Shown here: one piece after another, positions 14,432-32,850 of the stretch | Layout: the number at the start of each line of letters is the position of its first letter | Numbering within the stretch: the stretch's first letter is position 1 | From: the human T2T-CHM13v2.0 reference genome, Homo sapiens | Length of the DNA: 64,000 bases | NCBI RefSeq assembly: GCF_009914755.1 | Contig: NC_060928.1 | Direction: 5' to 3' (one strand) | The notes under the pieces: model-generated | Told to the model about the DNA's origin: nothing | Database searches by the model: none | What the model saw: only the letters and a program-made list of their open reading frames with translations | Program-made: the position numbers and the translations under genes

Positions 14432-14477
<46 letters not shown>
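14432..14477. repeat. (AT)n microsatellite at Alu tail
   Basis: About 23 AT units directly after the Alu polyA. Confidence 0.95.
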
Positions 14478-14480
<3 letters not shown>

Positions 14481-16334
14481 CATTTGTAAATATACACATA
14501 TGTTTTATAATAACAGAAAAACATTAGATATCTGTACATCATAAGGTCAACAGCACTTGTTTCTAGATCATTGTTTTGGTATACTTTCTATTTATTTTTG
14601 GGAATATGTAGTTTTAAAACTTTTATGGTGTTACTTTTCTATTGTAACGTGTCTTTTGGACATGAAGCTTAGCTAAATGAGTTTATATTGCTTAACTATG
14701 GAAGCTTTCAAAAGAATTTAAAAATTGGAAAGGTAAGTATAAATAAAAAGCATGATAAACAGCAGTGTAACAAACTCGGGTGGAAGTCCTAAAGAGAGAC
14801 AAAAAAAGATTAGGGGTAAATCTCATATTATTTAGCATCTTCGGTAATTATTTGAAACCAATAAGAAATAAGGAATAACTAAAAGTGTCTAAGAATATAC
14901 AGAATATACATGAAATGCAGCATTCAAAACTCATTTATGATATATAACATATGTATACATTTATATATACAGACATACTTTGTTTTATTTCTACTTGTTT
15001 TATTCCACTTTGGAGATTTTGTGCTCTTTATGAATTGAAGTTTTGTGGCAACCATCCTTCAAGCATTTTTTGGTGCCATTTTTCCAACAGCATGTGCTCA
15101 CTTGGTGTTTCTGTGTCATATTTTGGTAATTATCACAATATTTCAAACTTCCTTTATCATTATATGTGTTTTGGTAATCTGTGATCAGTAATCTTTGATG
15201 TTACTAGTGTCATTGTTTGTGAGCACCACAAATTGAGCCCATATAAGACAACAAACATAATCGATAAATGTTGTGTGTGTTCTGACTGCTCCACCAGCAA
15301 GCTCTTCCCCCATCTGTCTCCCTTTTCTCGGGCTTCTCCATTTGCCAAAACATAATATTAAAATTGGTCCAATTAATAACCCTACAATAGCCTCTACATG
15401 TTAAAGTAAAAGGAATAGTTGCACTTCTTTCACTTTAAAACAAATGCTAGAAATGATTAATCTTACTGAAGAAATGAGCTTGTTGAAAGCCAAGATAAGC
15501 CAAAAGCTGGGCCTCTTGTGCTAAACAGCCTAGTTGTGAGAAGAAAAGTTCTTGAAGGAAATCAAAAGTGCTACTCCAGAGAACACACCAATGCTAAGAA
15601 AGTGAAACAGCCTTATTGCTGCTTTGGAGAATATTTGAGTGGCCTGGATAGATCAAACAAGCCACAATACTCTCTTAAGCCCAGGCCTAATCCAGAGGAA
15701 GGCCCTAACTTTTCTCGATCCTATGAAAGCCTAGACAGGTGAGGAAGCTACAGGAGAAAAGTCTGAAGCTAGCAGAAGTGGGTTCATGAGGTTTAAGGAA
15801 AGAAGCCATCTTCATACATAAAAGTGCAAGGTGCAGCAGCAAGTGCTGACATAGAAGTTGCAGCAAGTTATCCAGAAGATCGAGCTAAGATTACTGATGA
15901 TGGTGGCTACACTAAACAATAGATTTTCAATGAGACAAAAAAGCCTTCTATTGAAAGAAGATGCCATCCAGGACTATCATAGTTAGAGAGGATAAGTCAA
16001 TATGGGGCTTCAAAGCTTCAGTGGACAGGCTGACTCTTGTTAGCCTGTAATGTAGCTGGTGACTTTAAGTTAAAGTTGATGCTCATTTACCATCTGAAAA
16101 TTCTAGCACCCTTAAGAAGTATGGTAACTCTACTTCCCTCTGTTCTATAAATGGAACAGTAAAGCCTGAATGAGAACACCTCTGTTTATAAGATGGTTTA
16201 CTGAGTATTTTAAGCCTTCTGTCAGGACCTACTGCTCAGAAAAAAAAGAAAAAGAAAATTCTTTTCCAAATATTATTGTTCATTGACAATACACCTGGTC
16301 ACCCAAGGGCTCTGATGGAAGTGCACAAGATTAA

Positions 16335-16708
<374 letters not shown>

Positions 16709-16745
16709 AGCTTTCAAATTCTTATTATTTTAGAAATACATTTTG

Positions 16746-16912
16746 TGCTGAGTGTGGTGGCTCAGGCCTATTATCCCAGGACTTTGGGAGGCTGGAGCAG
16801 GAGGACTGCTTGAGGCCAGAAATTTGAGGCTACAGTGAGCTATGATTGCACCACTGCACTTTAGATGGGACAACAGAGTGAGACGATTTCTGAAAAAAAA
16901 TGAAAGAAAGAA
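16746..16912 (+). mobile_element. FRAM/FAM-type Alu monomer inside Tigger1
   Basis: Monomer ending gctacagtgagctatgattgcaccactgcac; TSD agaaatacattttgt / agaaatacattctgt. Confidence 0.8.
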
Positions 16913-18547
16913 AGAAATACATTCTGTATGGCTTTCTAACTTCCATAGACAGTGACTCCTTTCCTGGATCTGAGCAAAGTAAATTGAAAACCTTCTGGAA
17001 AGAATTCACCATCCAAATGCCATCGAGAGCATTCATGATTCATGGGAACACTTTAAGTGTTTCAAAACTTCAGTGGAGGAAGTAACTGCAAATGTACCAG
17101 AAACAGCAGGAGTACGAGAATTAGAAGTGGAGCCTGAAGATGTGATTGAACTGGTTTCATTTCACGACAAAACTTTAAGGTACGAGGAGTTGCAAAGAAA
17201 CTTGCTAATCTATGGATTTCTTGAAATGGAATCTACTCCTGGTGAAGAGGCTGTAAACACCATTGAAACGACAAGAAAGGATTTAGAATATTACATAAAC
17301 TTAGTTGCTAAAGCAGTAGCAGGATTTGAGAAGATGGACTCCAGTTTTTAAAAGAAGTTTTCTACTGTGGATAAAATGTAATCAAACAGCATCACATGCT
17401 ACAAGAAAATTTTTATAGAAGAAAGCATCAATGGATGTGGCAAACTTCATTGTTGTCTTATTTTAAGAAATTGTCACAGCCTCCCCAACCTTCAGCAACC
17501 ACTAATATGGTCAGTCAGCCGCCATCAACATGGAGGCAAGACCCCCTACACACAAAAAGATTACTACTTGCTGAAGACTCAGGTGATTGTTCTCATTCTC
17601 TGCCAATAAATAATATTTTAAGTATTTACACTTTTTACATATAATGCTATCACACACTTAATAGACTACAGTATAGTGTAAACATAATTTTATATGCACC
17701 AAGAAACCAAAAAATATATTACTTACTTTATTGAGATATTGTGATGGTCTGGAATAGAATCTGAAATATCTCTAAGGTATGTCTGTTTTCACACCCATAT
17801 ATGTGTAAAGGTGTTTGTGCTGAGACATAAAGGAAAGACTTCGAAGCTTTGAAAGAATAGTTTTAAAGTAGAAGACTAGAAACTCAATAAAAATGCCACT
17901 TAGTGGATGGAAAATCTTCAAAAGTGGCCAATTTAGTCCTTCTAATTAATATCTTGTCATAAGCAGTTATTTTTTATAAATGTCTTTTTTTCTTCCTTCT
18001 CAAAGAATGACTGTTCTTTCTTTCAGAATTTCAGAATTTTTCTCATATTTGAATAAAGTATCATATGAGGCGTCTTGAGTAATGAGATTTTTCCACTGAA
18101 AAAAATGACAAAGTTCACAGCCAATAATTCTAAATACCTAATAAGATTCCTCCATTGAAAAAAAAATTAGGAATTCTAAGCAGAATTTACTGTATGTGCC
18201 AGAACACTAGCTCCATGAGGGCAGGGTTTTTAACTTTTGTTTACTGCTGTATACCTAGCAGTCTTTAACATTCTGTTTTATACAGTATTCCTTTTCATTA
18301 CATTCTGTTTTAAGTATGGTACATTACTTTTTTTCCAGATTGTAGTATTACTCTCTGGTCCTCTTATCCTACGGCATAACATTTCTTTATAGTCTTCATT
18401 ATAAAGGAAACGAGAATCAAACAGAGAATAATCAATTTCAATTTCAATGTTTATTTTTTTTCTTTTTAAGATACCCCTAAACATATATAATTACAAAGTC
18501 ACCTAATATTTTAATGCAGAATTTAATTAATATAATAATGCCTACAG

Positions 18548-18643
18548 GTTTCAAAATACCATAGGGATCGAAACAAAGAGTTGCAGCATTTTCATCAAGT
18601 TCAATGAATAACTGCTGATGATGTTTCAAACTGTATCCAACTG
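18548..18643 (+). pseudogene. Candidate decayed exon (phase 0-0)
   Basis: cctacag|GTT...CTG|gtaata; 96 bp reads VSKYHRDRNKELQHFHQVQ*ITADDVSNCIQL with a single TGA at 18605. Confidence 0.45.
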
Positions 18644-19031
18644 GTAATATTTTTTTGATTATTAAGGTTAGGAGGGACTTTTATGTTATCTCAGAGGAAG
18701 GAAAAGTTACAGTCTAAAAACTGACCTCTCTTGGTCTCTGAGAAAATAACAAATCTCATCATCAATGAAGATGATGCCAACAGGAATAATAATCACAGCA
18801 TACACATTTGGAGGAGCTCCTATGTTCTGGGTACTCTGCTCAGAAGTTGTACCATCAATAATCCTCCCAACATTGCTCCAGGTTGAGTACAGTTAATACC
18901 AGTTTGGATATGAGTAATCCAGGTAGAGATTATGTAATTTACTCAAGTATGAAACAGAGACAGAAATCAAATTAGGATATTTTTAATTCTAAAGCCCGTA
19001 TCTTTTTAACTCTGCTATTTTATCCTTCTAG

Positions 19032-19250
19032 CAGAACTAAGAGAGTTAGATGGTACTTCCAAGTTTTGAAAAATTGATAACAATGCATATAATAAGTAAA
19101 AATAAACTAAAGGAAGCTCTCATACTTTCAGTCATGTTACATTGCATTGCATATGTTTTTATTCGTTTTAGGATAGTGTTCAGGAGTGCCTTAGGGAGAC
19201 AAATTAGAATTGCAGTGCCATGCAGAAAAATCACAAACAGTTTTATTTAG
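19032..19250 (+). pseudogene. Candidate decayed exon(s), boundaries uncertain
   Basis: tttatccttctag acceptor; ELRELDG then a frameshift into LPSFEKLITMH... (ORF 19050-19250). Confidence 0.25.
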
Positions 19251-20046
19251 GACTCTGACTTTAGAAACAATGATTAATCCACTTCACCTTATTCACATAA
19301 TTGTTACTAACTTTCAGTAATTAAATGCATATACCTCTAAAATACAAGTCTTTGTCTAAACTTTTAAAGTTTCTTTGTATAGCCTTATATCCTCTAATCT
19401 TGACGCCATAATAGTTTTGCAACTACTGATCAATAGCTACAATGAATAGGAGATAAAATTATCTTTAAAAAATATCTACACTGTATATATTATATAAAGA
19501 ACCTCTTCTAGGATAATAAAAATAATATTTTATGTCATTCATGGGTTAGTCTTTGTAAGTATTGAATGCCAGTTTTAAAAAGCTGTCAAAATGAAGATGT
19601 TAGTTGTATCTTGAAAAATAAAGTTAAAATTTATGAAATATTCGATAATATTATTCTTTCAAAATTCAATGTTTCTATTATCTTACATGCTCCCATAATC
19701 TGGGACTAAGTTTGTTATTATAAAACTAGAACTTATTAATTACATCAGAATAAAACAAAGCAAATGATATCATCTGAGTTTTTAGTTTGTTCTTGTGTCA
19801 ATTTCTGTAAAACGTTGCTGAGTGAAAACCCTAAAGTCAGTCACACTTATCTCTCCCAAAAAAGTATAATTAGGAAGCATAATAATTCTTTAAAGAACTA
19901 GTTCTTGGTAGAAATTTTTATTTTAGGTTTTTGATGTATTGTCAACATTTGGCTCTAATTACAAAATCTTATAATTTACTTTAGATTTTGAATTAACATT
20001 TAAATAGTGAACACACACTAAGATTAGTTGGTTAACAATTTTTCAG

Positions 20047-20161
20047 GCTTAGAAAATTTTGGATAAAATTCCCATTACAAATATATGAACAACATCAACG
20101 TTATGCTTTTGATACACCATCAGAAGAAAAACAACTTTTGAGTGTCTCTGTAAACACAGGT
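20047..20161 (+). pseudogene. Candidate exon (phase 2-0), open frame
   Basis: aatttttcag|G CTT...ACA GGT|gtatgt; LRKFWIKFPLQIYEQHQRYAFDTPSEEKQLLSVSVNTG. Confidence 0.45.
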
Positions 20162-21332
20162 GTATGTAGTGCATTGAGGAAGAAGACTCTCCAGAAAGTT
20201 CTACCCAACTTTTGATTAGCCTACAAGTAATCATTTGATGCCAGGATAGAACCTCCAGCCGCCTTTGCACATTCCTCTGGTTAAGAACAAAGCAGTTTTG
20301 GGGTCCATTCCAAGATGGCCAAATAGGAACAGCTCTGGTCTGCAGTTCCCAGCATGATCGATGCAGAAGATGGGTGATTTCTGCATTTCCAACTTAGGTA
20401 CCTGGTTCATCTCATTGGGACTGGTCAGAAAGTGGGTGCAGCCCACAGTGGGTGAGCCAAAGCAGGGCAGGGCATCACCTCACCTGGGAAGTGCAAGAGG
20501 TCAGGGGATTTCCCTTTCCTAGCCAAGGGAAGCCATGACAGACTGTACTGGGAAAATCAGGACACTGCCACCTAAACACTGCACTTTTCCAATGGTCTTA
20601 GCAAATGGCACACCAGGAAATTACATCCCATGCCTGGTTAGGAGGGTCCCACACCCATGGAGCCTTGCTCACTGATAGTCCGAGATCGAACTGCAAGGTG
20701 GCAAGCCTTGCTGGGGGGAGGGGCGTCCACCATTGCTGAGGCTTGAGCAGGTAAACAAAGCAGCCAGGAAGCTCCAACTGGGTGGAGCCCACCACAGCTC
20801 AAGGAGGCCCGGCTGCCTCTGTAGACTTCACCTCTGGGGGCAGGGCATAGCTGAACAAAATGCAGCAGAAACTTCTGCAGACTTAAATGTCCCTGTCTGA
20901 CAGCTCTGAAAAGAGCAGTGGTTCTCCCAGCATGGTGTTTGAGCTCTGAGAATGGACAGACTGCCCCCTCAAGTGGGTCCCGGACCCCCATGTGGCCTAA
21001 CTTAGAGACACCTCCCATAGGGGCCGAATGACACCTCATACAGCTGGGTGCCCCTCTGAGACGATGCTTCCAGAGGAAGGATCAGGCAGCAATATTTTCT
21101 GTTCTGCAATATTTGCTGTTCTGCAGTCTCCGCTGGGGATACCCAGGCAAACAGGGTCTGGAGTGAACCTCCAGCAAACACCAACAGACCTGCAGCTGAG
21201 GAACCTGACTGTGAGAAGGAAAACTAACAAACAGAAAGGGATAGCATCAACATCAACAAAAAGGACATCCACACCAAAACCCCATCTGTAGGTCACCATC
21301 ATCAAAGACCAAAGGTAGATAAAACAACAAAG

Positions 21333-22349
21333 ATGGGGAGAAATCAGAGCAGAAAAGCTGGGAATTATAAAAACCAGAGGGTCCCTTCTCCTCCAAAGGA
21401 TTGTAGCTCCTCTCCAGCAATGGAACAGAGCAGGACAGAGGATGTCTTTGACAAGTTGACAGAAGTAGGCTTCAGAAAGTCGGTAATAACAAACTTCTCC
21501 AAGCTAAAGGAGGATGTTTGAACCCGTCGCAAGGAAGCTAAAAACCTTGAAAAAAGATGAGATGAAGAGCTAACTAGAAGAAACAGTGTAGAGAAGACCA
21601 TAAGTGACCTGATGGAGCTGAAAACCATGGCCCAAGAACTATGTGACACATGCACAAGCTTCAGTAGCTGATTGGATCAACTGGAAGAAAGGGTATCAAT
21701 GATTGAAGATCAAATCAATGAAATGAAGCTAGAAGAGAAGTTTAGAGAAAAAAGAGTAAAAAGAAATGAACAAAGCCTACAAGAAATATGGGACTATGTG
21801 AAAAGACCAAATCTACATCTGATTGGTGTACCTGAAAGTGACGGGGAGAATGGAACCAAGTTGGAAAACACAGGTTATCCAGGAGAACTTCCCCAACCTA
21901 GCAAGGCAGGCCAACATTCAAATTCAGGAAATACAGAGAACACCACAAAGATACTCCTCGAGAAGAGCAACCCCAAGACACCTAATTATCAGATTCACCA
22001 AGGATGAAATGAAGAAAAAATACTAAGGGCAGCCAGAGAGAAAGGTTGGGTTACCCACAAAGGGAAGCCCATGAGACTAACAGCTGATCTCTCGGCAGAA
22101 ACCATACAAGTCACAAGAGAGTGGGGGCTAATATTCAACATTCTTAAAGAAAAGAATTTTCAACCCAGAATTTCATATCCAGCCAAACAAAGCTTCATAG
22201 GTGAAGGAGAAATAAAATCCTTTACAGGCAAGCCAATACTGAGAGATTTTGTCACCACCAGGCCTGCCTTACAAGAGCTCCTGAAGGAAGCACTAAACAT
22301 GGAAAGGAACAACCAGTACCAGCCACTGCAAAAACATGCCAAATTGTAA
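21333..22349 (+). pseudogene. L1 ORF1p, disrupted
   Basis: MGRNQSRK... through YQPLQKHAKL*, broken by stops and frameshifts. Confidence 0.9.
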
Positions 22350-22412
22350 AGACCATTGATGCTAGGAAGAAATTGCATCAATTAATGGGCAAAATAACTA
22401 GCTAACATCATA

Positions 22413-26557
<4,145 letters not shown>

Positions 26558-27119
26558 ACAATGAGAACACTTGGACACAGGGTAGGGAACATCACACACT
26601 GGGGCCTGTTGTGGGGTCGGGGGATAGGAGAGGGACAGCATTAGGAGAAATACCTAACGTAAATGACGAGTTAATGGGTGCAGCAAACCAACAAGGCACA
26701 TGTATACATATGTAACAAACCTGCACGTTGTGCACATGTACTCTAGAACTTAAATTAAAAAATAAAAAAAAATAGAACAAAGCAGTTTTAACTAGATAGC
26801 CATATGGTGACATATCTTAAATATATAATTTTCCTAGCTCCATTAGCTCTTGAGTGGTTCCATTTTCTAGCTTCACTACCTCTAGAGTAAATATAACATT
26901 TCAATTTTCCTTAAGTGCAATAAAAATCTTGCAACCTCTAGAACTGATTTTTCCTTCATAACGTATCTCACATTGATTTTATTGTTAATATTAGTGAATT
27001 CTATAAAGGAAAAAAATCCTCGGCATTACAAACTTTTCCTGATCATCATATGATCATATTCTAAATTTTTGATTCTTTTGTTTTGCTCTTCCTACAATTT
27101 AAAATTTATAATAACACAG

Positions 27120-27244
27120 GTTTACATTTCTCTGCTTTCTGATGATGTCCTAAATGATAAGCATATCAGCTTGCTTTGTCCATATCATGTCTTACTCTAC
27201 AGTGGTGATGCTGACACCACAGTCTCCAAGGAAATGATCTTAAA
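27120..27244 (+). pseudogene. Candidate exon (phase 0-2), open frame
   Basis: acacag|GTT...TTA AA|gtaagg; VYISLLSDDVLNDKHISLLCPYHVLLYSGDADTTVSKEMIL; in phase with 20047-20161. Confidence 0.45.
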
Positions 27245-27900
27245 GTAAGGCAGACCACATGCAGTATTTCTAAAACAATGTTTGTTTCTTCTAACATAAA
27301 ATATGACGACATTTTATCAATCTTTAATATAAAAATGTTAAAATACATTCTAACATTTCCTTCTCCTTGATATGATTTACACTTTAATTTGTCTCAGTGA
27401 TCTTGTCTAATGGGTGAAAAATAGAAAAAATCTTTTGGAAATTTAGATCCACAATATAAGATAGAAAACTACCTAGAAATATATTTCCCTGAGAAACGTT
27501 AAGAAAAAAAAAACCAAACCCAAAAGTTTATAGTAGGATAGGTCTGGTCAGGGGCATTTGTAGCATGGAAGCTGCCACTTCCTAGCTTGTGACATATTGG
27601 GAAAATGACAATCTCTTTACCAACAAAATAGGAATTCCTACTATATTAGTTTTTTACTGGTGCGTAAGAAATTGCCACAAATTTATGATCTTAAAAAAAC
27701 ACCATTTTACTACATTAATAGGCTCATACTAGGTGATGATTACATGTAGACAGTTTTTATTTATATTATTATTAAAGGTGTATTTGTGTTTAGATACTGA
27801 TACCGAATAAAGAAGTACAAATAGAGTGAGTCCGTCAAAGTGCTTAACCCACTTATGATTTATGTAATCAAAGATGAAGTATGAGATTTCTTTTCTAGAA

Positions 27901-28128
27901 CAGGGATTGGAAAACTTTTTCTCTACAGGGCCAGATGGCATAGTAAATATTTTAGACTTTGTAGGCCATAGGGTTTTTACCGACACTTTTTACTTCTGCT
28001 ATGGTCATAGTAAGAAAGCAACCTTAGTAAATAAGTGAAAAGAGATGGCTGTGTTCCAACAAAACTTTATTTACAAAAACAGGTAGCAGGCCAGATTTGG
28101 CTCCCAGACTGTAGTTTGTCCATCCCTG
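27901..28128. mobile_element. MER58A hAT-Charlie element
   Basis: TIRs cagggattggaaaact / agtttgtccatccctg; preceded by the hAT-type target ttctagaa. Confidence 0.85.
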
Positions 28129-28149
28129 TTACAAAAATCAAAAAACAAC

Positions 28150-28177
28150 ACACACACACACACACACACACGCACAC
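28150..28177. repeat. (CA)n microsatellite
   Basis: Direct inspection. Confidence 0.9.
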
Positions 28178-28453
28178 CAAAAAATAGGGATATGTCTTTA
28201 CTAGTTTCAGATTTTACCTATATTAGTTGATCTTTTTTGGAAAAGACTATCCTGTTGATAAATCTTCACCACATAAACAATTATCTAAAGTACTCTGGGC
28301 TTTGTAATCCATGTTTCTATTATAATTAGTTTGGGAAAAATAGTTTTCCTTGAGAAAAAAGAACATGAGAAACTTGAAAATGTTAGCTTTGCTCCTTTTC
28401 TGGCCAGAAATAAATTACTGATTTCCACTGAGGCAAAATTTTTCTCCACCTAG

Positions 28454-28712
28454 AAGCTGTAGATAGAAAGTTGTCTTTTATAAACATTCATTGTTGTGAC
28501 AATGATTCATTGGAAGTGTTTGACATCCAAAGAAGAATACAAAGTATACCAAAAACAGACCCAAGGCCATTCTCTCATTCAAAGTTAGAACTTTTTTCTG
28601 CAAAAAGCATTTTATCGTTCCCAGGCCACTATTCCTTGATGTGAACACGCCTGTTGGCATAAACTCTGATTGGATAATGTGGTTCAAAGTCAAAATTAAT
28701 AGTTCAGAAATA
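28454..28712 (+). pseudogene. Candidate decayed exon with probable frameshift
   Basis: ttttttctccacctag|AA then 62 open codons AVDRKLSFINIHCCDNDSLEVFDIQRRIQSIPKTDPRPF...; a second frame is open to the donor: FIVPRPLFLDVNTPVGINSDWIMWFKVKINSSEI|gtatca. Confidence 0.45.
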
Positions 28713-29691
28713 GTATCACTTCATTTTATTAATTGATTTGTTGTATTTTTTTTATCTGATTTAATGAATTAGCTTCTTTTTTCTTTACTTCTTTCTTAGC
28801 AATGAGCAAAGTCAAAGGCAGATGGGGGATAACAAAAAATGAAATGAATATTAAACTTAATTTTGTCCTATGTTTGCCATAATTTTCTGCTTTAGAGCAC
28901 AGGAAAATTGAGGCTGAATTCCATCATGTTTAAAATGACTAAAAACAGTGTTTCAGTTTGTTTTGAAGGAAGATATAACAATTGAAGGGACATGAAATTC
29001 AATAATCTGCCTTAAGATTCCTGAAGTGTATAGCTAACTGTGAAAAAAGGAGATTTTTGTTTAGAAATTGTAGGTTTTTTCATATTCAAATTTTTGTTGA
29101 TGTATAAATTGCTAAAATGTAATTGGAAGCATTTTAATCATAAACATAGCAAATTTTTCTTGATGTTCTTTACTTATTCTAAAACTGTAACTCTTACAAT
29201 TGCTTGTATAATTAAAATGCTTCTCCGTTAACCACGTGTAAGACAGTCATCCCGAAACATCACAAGTCTCAAAAAGGGAAATAGTCCTTTGATAGGAGCA
29301 CTCAAACATCCCCAGAAAAATGAGAGTGGAAAATGAAGCAATAACGCTAGAAAGTGAATCTTGGAAGGCAAAGATCAAAGGTCTATTTTCACTTATTTTT
29401 CTAACAAACAGACAGCAAGGATACATGTACAAAGGCACTCTAAAAGATCAGGGGGACAAAGGGAAGACCTAGTATTGTTAATGAAGAACAAACTACAAGC
29501 CTTACAGAAATTTTAGGTGTGATTCTTCTACTATTTTTTAACTTTTGACACAAATAAAATGCATACATGCAATCTCTCTAACCCTTTAGCTACATATCCA
29601 AATATTGTAGGGATACTTTGAAAAATGATACCTTATGCAACCCACCAACTTGAAAGGGCTTTTATTTGAAAGTGTTTTCTTTTGTTCTAAG

Positions 29692-29818
29692 CTAAAAATA
29701 ATAAAATAATGGCTGAGCACAGTTTCAGATTGAAGTGAAGCATCAGGAGACTGTTTCAAATTAAACATGAACCTCTCCAAACGTAGCCAGCATGAAGAGA
29801 TAAGAGTCATGCACCTCC
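29692..29818 (+). pseudogene. Candidate decayed exon
   Basis: gttttcttttgttctaag|CTA...CTC C|gtgaga; LKIIK*WLSTVSD*SEASGDCFKLNMNLSKRSQHEEIRVMHL. Confidence 0.3.
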
Positions 29819-30984
29819 GTGAGAGCTCACACACACAACAAACCCCTTCTTGTTTACATGCCTATTAAGGGTTCCCAGCAGCTGAAATTATTTCACTCAA
29901 TTTGATTCCATCCCCATTCTGCATGGCTCATTTACCAATTCCTATACAGGGCTATTCATGCTCCTTGGGAGAAAGTGAAGGTGAATATTGTATTTACAAA
30001 GGCTAAACCCAGACAAAAAGGATTTCAACAATTACTGCCACAATTCAGATTCCACAATTCAGATTCCACAATTCCCCTTAAGACTATCTTCTCTATGGAG
30101 AAGCAGGAGCTAAGCACTGAGTTCCTTATTTCAAACTCCCAACGACCAATGACGAGGTAGGTTGAGGATAAAGCTTCAAACAAGGCAAAGAGGTCAGATT
30201 CCCAGGTCTGAGGTTCTATTATCAGATGTGAGGCCTATGATGAGTAGCATCAGTACTTTCAGTTATATGACAAGAAAATTTAGCATATTGAGCGCTGCTT
30301 CCAACTTCTATAACCTAGTTCTTATTTGCTAGCTACTTGCAAAAATAAATTGGCTTTAATTTATGAAGATTTTGCTTATTACTAAAGCACAACTCTCCTT
30401 ATCATAATAAATAAATGTAGTTAAATCAAGAGCTGCTTTTGCCAAACCAATTTATATTGTTAGAAGTCAGAATAGTGTGTAAAGTTTGGAGTGGGTAGTG
30501 ACCTGGAGGGAACACCAAGGAGGCTTCTGAGGAGTTGGTCATACTCTTTCATGAGCAGAGTACTGACATCACAGATGTACGCTAACAAAATGTGTCATTT
30601 TGGACATTAGAATTTGTGTATTTTCCACATTTATGTTTTGCCTTAATAAAAAATTTACTTAAAAGCTTATAGCACTTTTGACTTCTGTGAGAACAGGTTA
30701 TATGATCTCCTGGAGAATCAAAAGCACAATACATGTTATATAACCTGTGCCCCACTGTGAAACTGGGATGGTGAGAGGGGGCATGTCTTTTGCTTCATGA
30801 AAGTTCTTTCAATATTTTCCCTTCAAGTAGGACATAGGCGTTTGGATTGTGGTGGATTGATTGCAGAATTACTCTTTTTTCTTCTTTTAAAACTTGAAAT
30901 ACAGTTATAGGATATTACAAATAAATCAAAATATTTTTATACTTTATATAACATATATTTTTATATATCAACATATATATAGTG

Positions 30985-30987
<3 letters not shown>

Positions 30988-31026
<39 letters not shown>
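30988..31026. repeat. (CA)n microsatellite
   Basis: About 19 CA units. Confidence 0.95.
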
Positions 31027-31030
<4 letters not shown>

Positions 31031-31588
31031 CAGGTCCTGTAACTCTGGTCAAATCTTTATAAGTAGAAAAGTAGTTGCATATTCTTGTCAGCTATACTTG
31101 TTGATATCATTGCTTGGAAAAGCTATGAACTGAGAAAAGACACAAGTTCACTGTTCTGATATAAGTTGGCCTGGGGTTGAGAAAACCATTTCACATATTG
31201 CTAAAATTCTTCTTGCCATTACTCATGCCAGAAAATCTGGTCTTACCCAGAGGAGAGAGAAGAATAGTAATCAACATTATTAATACATGAATGAAACCAT
31301 ATTAAATATAACATTCACATTTTCTCTGTTCTTGTTATGTATTTTATCTTTTAAACAGTGTCAAATAATGAAGATATGTAAATATTTCAACAGCAATTGT
31401 TTGGTTTACTTTCTTTTGATTTCTAACAGTTTTGCATATATATTTTTGATGTGGGATAGCACATTTCTGAATGTGTATAATGACTATATCTGCATTAGAA
31501 ATTATAAATTTTCTCAAAATAATTATCCATGTGTCTCAATTAAGGCTAAGAGGCTTCAGTTTCACTTAACTCTCACTCAGTCATTCAG

Positions 31589-31740
31589 GCTTACTTGGAA
31601 ATTGAGGTATTGAATAAAGCGGATGCCGCTATTAAGATCAAAGTCATGACTAAACTGAGACCGCAGTGTAGAGACAGTTGATGTACAGAAGGCCCTTGAA
31701 AGGGACTTCTCTATAAATTTAAAGAACTACACCAACATAG
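31589..31740 (+). pseudogene. Candidate decayed exon with frameshift
   Basis: cattcag|AYLEIEVLNKADAAIKIKVMTKL then a shifted frame DRSVETVDVQKALERDFSINLKNYTNI; three CpGs retained in unique DNA. Confidence 0.4.
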
Positions 31741-32629
31741 GCAACTTTTCTTCCAGAAAAAAATCGATTATAGAAATATAATTCTTTGTAAAGAATTTCA
31801 AACTCCTAAATGACAAATAGTAGTCATACCATTAATTGGGAATGCTGTGTATCCCTCTATTCTATGTAATTTTTCTAACATTTAATATTTCTCTTAAAGA
31901 TGACATAAAATTGTTTCTGATCATTCTTTTCTGAAATATAACAAAAGAAAATTTGCAATGCATGCCTTGCTAAATAAAACAATTGCTTCAATTTAAAATG
32001 AAAAAATGTGTTGTTTATTTTTTAATTCATGTCATCGAATATGGAACATCTAAATCACTGTGACAAAAATGCTGAAAATATACTCACTAATTGAATACAT
32101 TTATTCTTTTAACATGATAATAAAATGTAATGAAATAATTATGGAAAGAAATGTGAATGAAAAGTTAAATTATAGCTCCAAAATTTTATATATTTAACTT
32201 GAAGAAAAAAATAAAATCAGTATTAATCAACCTTGAGCAAAAAGTGCTATTGTACTAAATAAATATTCTACAATGGAAGTTTTCTGCCAAAATGTTCATT
32301 TATAATGAAGGTTAATTTGGTATTTTTATGATGGTGACTATGCATCCTCTAAAGTCTGCCAATATTTACTGAGAAAACTCCTAGGCTACCCCAAAGTGTA
32401 AAAGTAGCAATGTTTTTCTGAACTAAGAATGGAAAAGCATCCCTTTTTTTTTCTCTTGCATAAAATAATTCATGCAGCAATGGGGGTGCGAGGTAAAATA
32501 AACATTTACTGCCATCGAGCGACTTAAACTCAATAAATGATGTTTTAAAATCAGTCTGTAAAGATAGTATAAATTGAACTGTAATTTAACTGAAACATTG
32601 TGGACACTTAAAATAACCCAAATTTATTG

Positions 32630-32850
32630 AGAGCTCACAAGTTGTCAGATATTTTGCACAGATCACAATGTATCCTCACAATGAATTGTGAGTTTAGCAC
32701 TATTATTTTTCCCATATTCTACATTAGAATACTGAGGGTTAGAATGATTAGGTACTGTATCCAGATTTACAAAGCTATTAATTTTTAGTGTCTGAATTTG
32801 AACCCAAGCAGTCTAACTTTACAACTTTTGCTTTCAACTCTCTTCTATTT
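32630..32850 (-). mobile_element. MIR
   Basis: tcctcacaa..., cccatattctaca...actgagg, tttgaacccaagcagtct. Confidence 0.6.

Noticed and set aside
18278-18484. Minus-strand ORF with apparent ag/gt borders (GILKRKKINIEIEIDYSLFDSRF...)
   Set aside because: Isolated, with no supporting minus-strand partners; neighbouring exon-like signals are on the + strand. Not formally excluded.
29230-29475. Purine-rich near-open frame (HPETSQVSKREIVL**EHSNIPRKMRVENE...)
   Set aside because: No convincing acceptor/donor pair; it could be part of the relic gene but is too weak to list.
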